NCBI GenBank assembly: GCA_051530055.1
Contig: JBMGUZ010000034.1
Location: forward strand, 1-29,052
Reading direction: 5' to 3'
DNA length: 29,052 nt
Source: Neoechinorhynchus agilis
Taxonomy: Eukaryota > Animalia > Acanthocephala
Shown: positions 1-11,009 of the stretch, piece after piece
Layout of the letters: each line of letters starts with the position of its first letter
How positions within the stretch are numbered: position 1 is the stretch's first letter
Notes under the pieces: model-generated
What the model was told of the DNA's origin: nothing
The model's input: the letters and a program-made list of their open reading frames with translations, nothing else
Database searches by the model: none
Translations under genes and position numbers: made by a program

Positions 1-997
1 AATCGTGAGTCTAACCAAGTCCTCAAGTACGAAAACCCGCGCTCGGGTAATCTTGAATAGGAATGTCTATATGTGAGGTACCGGACTTTTTAAGGGCTAA
101 CAAACTGATGATGAACAGCAGAACTTCTTTAATAAACTCATTAAAGAGGTACAGATCTCTAAACAATGATTTTAATTTTGTGGATTGCGGAGATCCGAGC
201 AAAAAGAAAACCTTTTAGCGCCCAGACTCATACACATGAGTACCTAATATGCAGCATTCACGAGCCACACTCACATTAGAGCACTCCCGTGAGCTGTACG
301 TAAAAGGCGGGGTCACCGACGCACACTCTTAAGCTCTGTTTTTGGCGCTACCACCGAAGATTCGGAAGCTGAGAAGCAGCAGGAGCCTCAACAGTCAGAT
401 CTTTTTCTTCCAAGTGAGTGTGCCGGTTACACTCGCTGAAAAACACACTGCAAGTCGTTTGTCTTCAGAGGTGTCTTAAGTTATACGATTCATTCTAGAG
501 AGAAATATTGCTTTTGATCTCAAGTGGCGAGTCTGCATTAGTCTTCTTAGCGAATGGCGTTGATTTTGGTTAGCAAAAAATTTATCGCCAAATCAGCTTT
601 ATATTTTTTTCCGTGTCTAATCGATTTTCACAATTTTTTTATCCGTCGGTGATTTCATAAAATCCTACCGTCTATTTTGACCCGAAACACAGAATTTCTT
701 ACTTCAATATCTTCAAGATGAACTGTGTTGCATCCTCATCGAATTTTTGGACTATCCGCAGTTAGATTTCTTAGTTAAATAATGCACATCATCATGGCAC
801 AAACGGATGTCATATAAGATCTTCAGGGCAACATGCGAGCATATTCAAAGTTTGTTAAATCACTCAAATCACCATCATGCAAACAAGCGTCAATGTTGAC
901 GAACTGTATTTACTACCGATTGTTACTTTAAGCGTCGCAAAAACATATATATAAATGTTGTTTGCTGCTATCCAGAGCTTGTGATAAAAGGTGGAAC

Positions 998-2458
998 ATG
1001 TCGTTCAAGACTTTCAAAATGCTCGCAATATCCACGATTATTTTTATTTGCTTCATATCTTCCACATCTCCGTCACAAAGATCAGGTTAGAAAGTAGACG
1101 TTATACTGATTTCTATCTTTGTATAGCCCGAGATTTGTACTTTATAAAGTATCCCAGCAAAGACTGGGGAACTTTACTAAATACAGGTAAGATTTTCTGT
1201 TATTTAATAGCAAAAATTTGATTTGCTCCTCGTTTAGAGACCGATAAAAGTAGTATCGCAAAGCTGATTGGCGTTACCATCGATGAGAAAGCCGATTCGG
1301 ATATAGTTCGAAATGGCGACCTGAAAAAGCTTATTAATTATATAAATCAAGCAGACAAGAAGGATCCACAGATCGCAATCAACGGGCCGTTGACCTCCAC
1401 CAATAAAATACCCGCTGGATCGCCATTATCACCTGTATCGACACCAAATGCAATGCCAGGACCGGCAAATTATCCGATCGCCTCGTCTGGTGAATCAGCA
1501 CCTGGAATGGAATCGCGAGTGAGCATCGGATCTTCGCCAGAAACCGAAGCAATCGAAATGAAAAAACTCAACTGGCGATTCTACAGCTATGGCCAAACCA
1601 GTAATGAGTTCGGCGTCAACCAGTGCAGCGATTACAAACTCCCCGTCGTACGATTTCGGCCAAAATCCGTGGAGAAATAACTGGATGAATCAAAATTATC
1701 ATTCAGGATGGAATCGCAGGTACAAGGGATATGGAACCCAAACATTGGCATCAGAAGCAAGCAAAGCAGCGATACCCTCTCCACAAAACACAAAGAAGAT
1801 CGACACAGAGGTCAGCATAACTGAGATTTCTGCTCAGCCGAAGAATGAAGAAATGGATGATAAATCGATAATCAAAGACGCCGAAAGTTTGGATATCGAT
1901 TCAATGAAGACGAACTCGCCAGAGCTTACAGAAACGACAACCACAGAATCTTTAAGAACAACTGATCTACCAATCGATAAAATAAAAATTAACATTGACA
2001 CTTCTAGGAAGCAAACTACCTTGTTCCCTCAGCAGCAGCAACAACAACCCGTTCAAATCATACAGTACTTCTTCCAACAACCTTTTGCTCCACCCGGAAA
2101 CAGTTTACCTTCTGCCGTTCTCCCTGTAGATCTGCCTTTTTGTTAGTGTCTTAAAAATTGCTGGAACCGAAGACAATTACGAATCTTTAGATCGTCCAGC
2201 AAACATGGATACCGACAAGCTTATTGAAAATGAAGCTTCTATAGATAAAGAAAATACTCGTTTGGAGTTGGATGAGTTGAAAGGTGAGTTTCATGGCGAA
2301 CAACAAATCCAATGACTTAATTATCCTGTACTGAATTTAGCCATGATTTTAAGTCTAAAAGAGGAATTAAAAGCGTCAAGTAAGAATGTTGATTTTCTTA
2401 GGAACCACGAACTGATCAATTTTTAGCGAAAACCGATTTCAATGTGTTCGAATATTGA
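998..2458 (+). CDS. Spliced gene for a ~420-aa secreted, S/T/P/Q-rich protein of unknown family. Exons 998-1085, 1127-1186, 1238-2283, 2341-2379, 2427-2458. Exon 3 carries two +1 frameshifts.
   Basis: ATG 998 gives a signal-peptide-like start, MSFKTFKMLAISTIIFICFISSTSPSQRS. Four GT-AG introns of 41, 51, 57 and 47 nt (1086-1126, 1187-1237, 2284-2340, 2380-2426) are all phase 1, have TGA(T/A) branch-like motifs, and join in frame. Exon 3 links track ORFs 1390-1680 and 1589-2146 and an acidic segment (AGTEDNYESLDRPANMDTDKLIENEASIDKENTRLELDELK) if one base is removed from A6 (1561-1566) and one from T5 (2137-2141). The stop is TGA at 2456-2458. The last exon is the least certain. Confidence 0.6.
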
Positions 2459-2719
2459 AGTTTTTTGCAATGATGTAGAACGAATAAAAAGTTCTCAATT
2501 ATTCTTGAACTGCACAACAGCAAAACAATCCTCGTTCCCAGCATGAAACAATAGCAAAAAATGCGGCTAATTTTACATCGAACGCGAAATGATAATTAAA
2601 AGTTTCAGAAACGAAAAATAAAATTTATTGGTGCAATGTCAAATCAAGATGCAGTCCCTGAAAAAATATTTTTTCACCTATGGATATTTAGAGATGAATC
2701 GAACTGTTAAGAGGATTCG

Positions 2720-3415
2720 CGATTTGGTGGACTTTTCTTTGGAATAAATCATGTAAGCCGATTGTAAGGTTCTAAAAATAATCCCAAGGGGCGCGCGATA
2801 TCAGGCCGCAAAGAGATTCACTTTTCTATTGATCGACTGCATCCAGCATAACTCAGAGTTGCCGTGGATGCGTCGCATTCCCTAGACTTTGATGCTTCTG
2901 AAGGATCTCTGACCACAAAAAAATAAAAGAGCGAATAAGTTCATCTGAACAAAATTTTATTCAATGCCTTTAAGCAGAATGCGAGCTACGGAAGGGGCGT
3001 GCCCAGGAGCGTAACCATTGCCGAAAATCAAATCGGTCGCTTGCTGGACGTGTTTCTTCGAAGCTCGCAGACGGAGATGTCAGAGGAGCAGTTCGTCTTT
3101 TATCATCAATTGACAGACTCGCCAAAGATAACGACGAAACTTTACGAACTCTTCGCTCCAAACGTCCGAGTGACGGCGGTCGGCAGTATTTCGAAGAATC
3201 CTCGTCTTTCGATACAATCCCAGATTTTTTTATCATATAAATCAGAAGTGAAAATGGCAATCTTCTCGTTTGGCAACCAATTTCAGGGGAAAGAAGATTC
3301 CGAAAGCAATTGAACTACTTTTCCGCGCATCGCTGTGTGCCTCACGAAAACGGGAGAAGATATTCGTCCCATTAACATTGGAACAACTAATTCACCGCTT
3401 AACAGCACAAATTTG
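2720..3415 (+). mobile_element. Decayed fragment of a CRE-clade-like non-LTR retrotransposon (pre-RT region and start of RT)
   Basis: Manual translation gives VLKIIPRGARYQAAKRFTFLLIDCIQHNSELPW (from 2769), then RVSSKLADGDVRGAVRLLSSIDRLAKDNDETLRTLRSKRP, EVKMAIFSF, GKKIPKAIELLFRASLCA, IRPINIG and HRLTAQI. These match, in order, motifs recalled from CRE-type proteins (LKRIPKGAR; KxxDGDxxGAxRLLxS...ETLxxLxxKHP; ASLCALxKxxGGIRPIAVG). There are multiple stops and frameshifts, and the GSAGGxDG block is deleted. Confidence 0.75.
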
Positions 3416-3419
3416 AAAT

Positions 3420-6150
3420 AAAAGGATGGAGTGTCAGCAAGGGCATACGACCGTAAAAATCTTGCACCAATAAAACCAAAATGAACAGTCTAACAAACAC
3501 ACAAACAAGAATGAGGGCGTACCCTGAATGCGACACGCAGAGAACTCTTCTGATTTCTTTGAATAAATTATCAAGTGAACAAAGACCCAAACGCGAATGA
3601 AAACTGAGAATTGGATCTTTAAACGTCGGAGCAATGACGGGCATATGGGTGGAAATAGTGCATATGATGAAGAGAAGGAGGATTGAATGTCTACGTGTCC
3701 AGGAGTTAAAATGGAAAGGAGCCGAAGCACGCGATCTTGTAGACGGCTTCAAGCTATTTTATAATGGTTAATTTTTTGGTCGAAATGGAGTTGGAATTGT
3801 CTTGAGTGATAAACATACAGATGGAGTCTTAGAAGTCCATAAGAAAAATGATAGGATAATTTGGATGTGGATAGATCTTGGAGGGCAATGCTTGGTGATC
3901 GTTTCTTGTTATGCTCCACAAGCCGGACTCACGTAGCAGGAGAAAGACCATTTTTTGGGAAGATCTATATGATGTGGTCCATGAAATCAAGGAAAAAAAG
4001 ATGTATAATATGTGGAGATCCCAACGGTCATGTTGGCGCGGAAAATTCGAGCTGGTGTCAAGCACACGGTGGAAGAGGCTTTGGAACTCGAAATCTGGAG
4101 GGGAAAAGCATTTTGGATTTTCTTCAGATCACGAACACTTTAAGAAAGAAGACCGACAACTTGTGACCTACAACATCGGCAGCAATAGGAAAACTCAAAT
4201 CGATTATATCCTCTATCCACAAGAAAAATTGAGAGAAATGAAAACCGCAAAAACTATACCTGGAGAGACGTGCGCTTCGGAACACCGTTTACTGTGTATT
4301 GACCTGGACCCAAATACAGGATGCCTAGTAAAATCAAATTGTGGCACAAGAAGCAGGCTATCAGCATTCTAAATCACGACATTGAGGATACGAACGGATG
4401 GTGGATTAAATCGGCAGAGGAAATTCGTAGAATAGGCGGAGAAACCCTTGGAGCAACCACATGTAGAAAATTACCGAAACAAGAAACATGGTGGTGGAAC
4501 GACGAGGTGCAAAGAGCGATAGCGGACAAAAAGAGTGCGAAAAAGAAAATGGATGCAGGTCAACCAAGTGGGAATAAGGAAATACATGAGAAGGCGAGAA
4601 AAAGAGCAAAGAAAGCTGTGGCGATAGGGAAGCAAAAAGCAAGTTCGATATTCTATTCAAAGCTACAGGAAGACAAAACAATGTCATATGTGTTCAAAGT
4701 GGCGAAGATCAAGGATCAGGGATCGAAGGACATTAACAAGGTAAAGCAAATTAAGGACAAGGATGGAAACATTTTCAGCGAAGAAAAAGAAGTTAAAGAA
4801 AGGTGGAGAGAATACTTCGATGAACTGCTGAACAGTAAGAATGGCGCAGGTAGAGTGCAGGAACCTAGCGAAGGTTTAGCCAACGCATTATCAGAGGTCG
4901 AAGTTAAAACCGCACTTTCCAAGATGAAGAACGGGAAAACGGCGGGCCCAGATGAAATACCCATAAAGGTCTGGAAAGTGCTTGAAGTTGATGCTGTTCC
5001 ACTATTAACAAATCTCTTCAAGCGAATACTCACTACTGAAAAGATCCGGAACGAATGGAGGCAGATCACACTGTTACCGATATACAAACAGAGACGCGAT
5101 GCCAGAGCTTGTTCAAACTATCGAGGAATCAAATTGTTGAGCAACACGATGAAGCTATACGAAGTTATAATCGATCAACGCCTGCGGAGCGAAATGCCCA
5201 TATCAGAGGAGCAGAGAGGATTTATGCCCGGCAGAAGTAGTACTGAAGCTGTATTGGCGTTACGCCAGTTAAATGAGAAATGCCTTGAAAAACGAAGGGA
5301 AATACACAGCGTGTTCATTGACCTCGAAAAAGCCTATGACACTGTCCCTAGAAAACTGATATGGAACTGCCTTAGAGGAGAACTCTGCCCTAAAAGACTT
5401 ATATCACAACGATTCAGGGCATGCACAGGCAGAGCAAAGTGAATATAAGGACGCCAGTTGATAGTACGGATCACTTCTCGGTGAACGTACGATTGCATCA
5501 AGGCTCAGCTTTGAACCGCCATGGAACATGCTTTTCGCCGACGACATCGTCCTTTCCAGCTATAATTCCCAGGATCTCAACAATGACCTAGAGAAATGGA
5601 GGGAAGTTCTGGAAAGTCAAGGTCTAAAAAATTCCCGGGGGGAGAAATCATTCTACGTCTGAACGGAAAGCATTTTCCTTCAAGAGACACCGTTGCAGAA
5701 ATTCGACAAATTATTGTGTCGATGTAAACCGATATCACCGCCGAGATTTCATCGAGAAAAAATAGCGAATGGATGAAGTAGAAAAGTCTAACTGGGATCT
5801 TGTGTGATAGCAAAGTGCCTGTGGTGTTGAAAGGTAGAGATTTCAAAATGGCAATCAGACCAGCCATGTTATATGGGACGGAGACATGGAACACCACTGC
5901 CAATCAGATCAAGCGAATGCAGGCCGGGGATGAAATGAAGATGATTAGGTGGATGTTTCGGGTGACCAGGCAAGAAATGATTCCAAATAATGCGGTCCGG
6001 GGCTCAGCGAAGGTGGAGGTCGCGAAGGAAGCTATCGCGAAACGGAGAATCAAATGAAGCGATATGGTGAAAAGAGCCGAATCGATTTATTCGAAAAGTT
6101 GAAGAAATGACAATCGAAGGGTCCAGGAGGCGCCCCGTTGGTTGAGCAGT
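3420..6150 (+). mobile_element. Decayed RTE-clade LINE (APE endonuclease + reverse transcriptase)
   Basis: APE motifs: KLRIGSLNVG (3601), VQELKWKG, RNGVGIVL, CYAPQAG, CGDPNGHVG, TQIDYIL, SEHRLL. ETWWWNDEVQ linker. RT motifs: KTAGPDEIP, NYRGIKLL, EQRGFMPGRS, FIDLEKAYD, LHQGSAL, MLFADDIV (FADD 5534-5545), IRPAMLYGTETW. It has many stops and frameshifts, and the ends are approximate. Confidence 0.92.
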
Positions 6151-7099
6151 TCTGGGGCTTTGTCGAGCTGATAACCAGAACCCTCCATCGGATTATGTTC
6201 GGAAATGCCCGACAAAAAGTACATATTTGAAGTCAGCAATTATTTCAAAACAATATACACGTCTAGGACGTTCTTCTTCGATGCAAAAATTAAAAAATAT
6301 AATTTTAGATAGAGAACTGCTTCAACTTCTTAAAATCGCCATTTTTAGTTTCGTTTTCATATTTGCAAATCGAATAATTTATTATTTAATTAAGACATAC
6401 GGATGAAGATTCATTTATCTAAATTTATTTGCTATTTGCGGCGAAAATATAGTAATTTATAAAGTCCAATATTCGGCCCAATCTTGTGCCTTTATCAAGG
6501 TAGTAAAAGTGTTTTATCCGCAGTGCTGAGTTGGAATTAAGCGTTAAGGCCGCAAAATAATTCTGAATAAAAAGTATTACACGGAAAGGATCTAAGATTG
6601 TACGCCGCAAAAAAGGAAAGCGATTTATTTGGGTTTCTCAAAGTTTCCTACTGAGAAAAGTTGGAAATAAAGGGTCTTAAGAGTGCTTAATAAAATTTGG
6701 TTAAAGTCTAATAAAACTGGCAAAGACTGGCTTTCTTAAACAGCGAATTTAGCGATCCCAAATCCATCATTCCGTACATTTCGTCAAGAAAACATATTCT
6801 AATTTGCTAGCATTTCACGAAAATAAAGGCCTCAAATGAGACCACGAATTTATAGTCAAATGTTGCAATGCATCCCACGCACAAAAACCATTTATTATCG
6901 AAACTGAAATAAAAGCAATAACTTCACCGAATAACCGATATCAATTATCATTCGATTTAATGTGCCCTCGGAGATGCAATTACATCTTTGGTCGTCATTG
7001 GGCTTTGGCTGCGCGCCAATACTTACTGCTTGTAAGTTTTTAAATATGTGTTAGTGCTGTAGCCGAGAGAGGTAGTACTCGTGTTTTGTCTTCGTGCTT

Positions 7100-10000
7100 T
7101 TATGAGAAAACGAAACTTCTTAGATAAATACGTCACCGAATTAATGTCATTTTCGCCTAAATGCTGCACGCCGTAAAAAACGATGAATATGGATCCTTTC
7201 ACGATGATCGGAATTGATGTTACTGATTCTTGTCGGTCACGTAAAAGAAGCAGCTCCGGCGGCCAGACAGCTACTGATAGTAACCTGTCAACGCAGGGTC
7301 GGTGTGCCGCTCCACTTGGTGATACGGCAGCGAACAGAAGAAACAAAATCCACCAGTGCGACCGGAAAAAGCGAGGGCGTCGTAGCTCTCGCCGACGACT
7401 TGAGCGTCGAAATGAGCGAAACTGTCGCCGGAGGCAACGAAAGAGTCGGTCGAAGTTCATCACCGTGGTGGGTACGGACTGTTCAGGCGGCGCTGACAGC
7501 CGTGAGCCCATTGGCCCAGCTATTTCAGATAAAAGAGGATTACGAATCGGATCCTTGAATTGTAGGAGTCTGCGGGCGCAATGGCGTAAGGGAACCCTGG
7601 CCAAATTGGCAAGGGACGCCAGAATGGATCTTGTGTTTTTACAAGAATTGCGCATAAGAGGCCAGTCAGACAAAGACGTAAATCAGGAGGATTTAGGAGG
7701 TCTGCGGACAGTCGAGGAAATGGAGGTGTAGGCGTTTGTTTGTCACCCCGCCTCCGAAACTCAGCACTATGCAGTATTATAAATGACCGAATCCTTCGTG
7801 TCAGCATAAAGCATCGGTCGGGGAATCTCTATGCTTTTGGCGTATATTCACCTACCTCCTCGTCGGATGAAGAGGCGGTTGAAGGATTTTATGGAAATCT
7901 AGCCGAACCATTAGATGATGTACCGAACAGAGACACCCTCCTAATAGCCGGTGACTTCAACGCGATTTTACCGCATTCCGAAAGATCGCTATATGTGTTG
8001 AAAGGCGAGAATCGGAACAGCCGGTTGAGGCGCTGGAGCAGCATGATCTCGTGTCTGCTAACACTTTATTCCGGAAGCATCCGGGGCGTTTGGCGACGTT
8101 TGTGGGTCAAAAGAATCCGTCCAAACATGCCATGGGAGAAAATCCCAAGAGACGCTTAGCTCAGCTTGACTATATATTGTTGAGACGTAGCGAAAAATGT
8201 CGGGTCAAAAACGCGGACACGTTCACAGTTGATGGGCTGCCAACCGACCACAAGTTGGTGATGTGTCAGTTGAGCATGAGAGACTCGTTGTTCCGTGCGC
8301 CTCAACGTCCTCCACGTCCGTTCTATGGCGCCCTCGCTAATGAAAAGAAGAGGAAAGGGTTCGATATCGAACTAGAGAATTAACTGAGCTCGATGCCAGC
8401 TGCTGAAACGGATATTGATTTTTATTACAAGTCAATCTGCGACGCAGTGACCGAAGCGGCCGAGAAAGCCTTCCCAAAAATGAAGCGTATAAAAGCTGCA
8501 AAGGTTATATGGCAGCAGGACTGAGAATTTATGGCAATGGCTGAGCAGATCAAAACTCTAAGAAAAAGAGGAAAACGATCTGAAGCTCGCATTGCAAGGC
8601 TTGAACTTGCCAACCTCTATAATGAAAAGCAAAAGGCTCCGATAGAGGACGCAGTTCGCGGGATCGCATATAAGGAAGGTTTTGTTCGTACCTCCTTAGC
8701 ATGGAGAGCGATAATCACTCTCACAGGAAGATCCCAAAGGCAGCCAACTTTGATTGAAGGTCCCTCCCCGGAAATCAGAAAAAAGAGAATCGCAAATTAT
8801 TTTGCGGGAATTCTCAATTCGCCATTATCGTCTTTGGAAGTGAGTCCTGCACTTCCAAAAGGCACAATCGTCCCAAGCACTGAGGCATACTTCACTGGAC
8901 CGATTTCCGTGAAGGAAGCGATCGCTGCGGCGAAGATGATGCGTGCGGGACGTGCATCTACCCCGAGGCTTGAATCTATTGCCAGAAAAATCATACCGAT
9001 AATGAATGGCATAATGAATGGTGGCGCAGTACCTCAAATCTGGCAAACGGCGCATTTAACAATGATCCCCAGGAAATGCTGCTCGACAATATCCTTCATG
9101 TCCAACACGGCAAAACTTTTCAGCAGCATTTTCAGACGCCGAATTCAGCCAATCCTCGAACCGTTTCTAAGTATTGAACAGAACGGCTTCAGGAAAGGTC
9201 GAAGCACCACAGAGCACATATTGGCTTTGAGGAGGATCCTCGAGGAGGCACGAATTCATCAAACGGATGTGACGCTGGTATTTGTTGATTTCCGTCGAGC
9301 TTTCGATTCGGTAAATCGAACGATGATTGGCGGTATCTTAAAGGAGTATGGAGTGCCGCCGATCATTGTCACATCCGTTATGGCATTATATAAAAACACA
9401 AGGTCCGCCGTAAAGACAGCTGACGGTTTTACAGAATACTTTTCCACCACTTCAGGTATTCTGCAGGGCGACACATTGGCTCCTTTCCTCTTCATCTTGG
9501 TGCTTGATTGGGTAATGAGATAGGCACTACCGAATGATGAAGATGGATTTCTTCTGTTGAGGAAAAGAGGTCGTAGGTATCCTGAGATACGCGCCTCCTA
9601 CATGGCATATGCCGACGACATCGTATTGATGTCCTCAACAGTCGAAGGAGCTCAACGCATGCTAAATAGACTGTGCGAGGGGGCGAGTATGATTGGTCTG
9701 ACCATCAACTCGAAAAAGACAGAATTCTTGACGATTCCGCATGTCGCGCATACAGTCTCTGGCGAAGGGCCGAGTGGCGTTGAGCAATTAAAACAGATAG
9801 CGATATGTCTATCTGGGAGCTGTCGTTCCTTAGGTGAGTGCGGATGTCAGCCGACAGAGAGCTATAGCTTGGAGAGCAATGGGGCAACTTAAACCACTGT
9901 TTGACAGTTAGTCTTTGCCAGATGAACTCCGTTCGCAGCTGTTCAGGGCTCTAATTGAGAGCATTCTCTAATACAATGCAGAGACCTGGACACTGTCACC

Positions 10001-10411
10001 AACGGCGACGAGGCAGTTGGACCAAAATCATTCATCTCTCTTACATGCGGCGTTCAAGGTCAGATGGTCAGATAAAGTCAAAAACAAAGCACTGTATAAG
10101 AGAGCCGGAGTCCAACCGCCCAGTGAATATTTGCGCCGCAGACGACTGCAGTTCACGGGCAATATAATTCGGTCCGAGGCATCTTGCCCACAGGTCGTGC
10201 AACAGTTACTTTTCTGGAAGCCAACGACATTGTATCGTAAAGGAAAAGGGAACTGTCGTACATACGATGACCTGACTTTTAGAGACGCGAATTGCCCGCA
10301 TAACAGGACTGCTGTCGTGTATTTTAGATCCCTTGCGGAGTCTAATTCTATTTGACGGGCTTATACCTACGGTGCAACGTAGGAAAGTACCGTTGCATAC
10401 AATACAATACA
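7100..10411 (+). mobile_element. Decayed, near-full-length RTE-group LINE (RTEX-like; APE + RT)
   Basis: APE motifs: LRIGSLNCRSL, DLVFLQE, NDRIL, VYSPT, LIAGDFNA, AQLDYIL, TDHKLV. RT motifs: EQNGFRKGRSTTEHILALRRI, FVDFRRAFDSV, GILQGDTLAPFLFILVLDWVMR, GFLLLRKRGRRYP, MAYADDIVL (YADD 9608-9619). There is an in-frame TAG at 9521-9523 and several frameshifts, and a short tandem-repeat tail at the 3' end. The RTEX assignment is from motif recall and the 5' boundary is uncertain. Confidence 0.9.
10366..10411 (+). other. LINE 3' terminus: stem-loop or possible pseudoknot followed by an (ATACA)3 tail
   Basis: CCTACG (10366-10371) pairs with CGTAGG (10378-10383). The loop TGCAA is complementary to TTGCA (10393-10397). 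ATACA x3 lies at 10397-10411, directly after the ORF stop at 10355. Confidence 0.6.
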
Positions 10412-10582
10412 AATAGAAACATAATTGAGAGGAATTTAAGCGAAAAGATGATAAAATTAGGGCCATGGAATTAACCTAATTTTTCAAATTTCGCCAAGTT
10501 GTAGGATCTTTTAATTTCGAAACAACTTTCTGTTCAGAAACAAAATTTAGGGAGTCTAAGCCAAACAATTACAAAATTCGCC

Positions 10583-10984
10583 TTAATGTGTCGAATTAAT
10601 CAAGACCCAAATAAATGATAGAAATGTAAAGCGTAAACAAACTCAATCTTTTGAGTAAGTTAAAAGTGTCAATTTGAAGTCTCCAGCAATGCCTTTTTTA
10701 CGATATCGAGAAGTGCACTCTTAAGATAATAAGAAATTTAGAAAGCAGTTTCCGCAAATGCTTTAATGTGTCGAACTAATCAAGATCCAAATAAATGATA
10801 GAATTGTAAAACGTAAACAAAATCAATCTTTTGAGCGGGTTAAGTGTCAATTTAAAGTATCGAACAATGCTTTTTTTACGATATCGAGGGTAATGCACTA
10901 TGAAGATAATAAGAAATTTAGAAAGCATTTTCCGCAAGTGATTAAATGTGTCGAATTAATAAAGACCCAAATAAATGATAGAAT
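10583..10984. repeat. Tandem repeat, 180-bp unit, ~2.2 diverged copies
   Basis: The motif aatgtgtcgaa(t/c)taat(c/a)aaga(c/t)ccaaataaatgatagaa recurs at ~10585, ~10765 and ~10945. The rest of the unit aligns between copies 1 and 2 with scattered substitutions and small indels. Confidence 0.92.
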
Positions 10985-11009
10985 CGTGGTTTTTAAATGC
11001 TTAAGTTAA

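Noticed and set aside
105-130. CTGATGA as a hammerhead core or C/D-box snoRNA
   Set aside because: There is no convincing stem II, GAAA or closing stems, and no matching D box with a terminal stem.
414-436. Hairpin GTGAGTGT...ACACTCGC, plus a smaller one at ~227-242
   Set aside because: These are short isolated stems of a size expected by chance, and no RNA family was recognised.
991-1221. 76-aa ORF as a stand-alone gene
   Set aside because: It reads through intron sequence; only 1127-1186 belongs to the spliced gene model.
2970-3313. Track ORFs 2970-3260 (-) and 2999-3313 (+) as genes
   Set aside because: They are antisense or largely off-frame shadows of the CRE-like fragment.
3399-9495. 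Minus-strand ORFs inside the LINEs (e.g. 3399-3752, 4716-5087, 7023-7673, 9259-9495)
   Set aside because: They are antisense shadows of recognisable APE/RT coding sequence, with no independent motifs.
9521-9523. Alternative genetic code (TAG=Gln in VMR*ALP, or TGA=Trp in a satellite frame)
   Set aside because: About 585 trehalase codons contain no in-frame TAA/TAG and the gene ends in TGA. A single CAG>TAG mutation in a dead LINE is enough to explain the stop.
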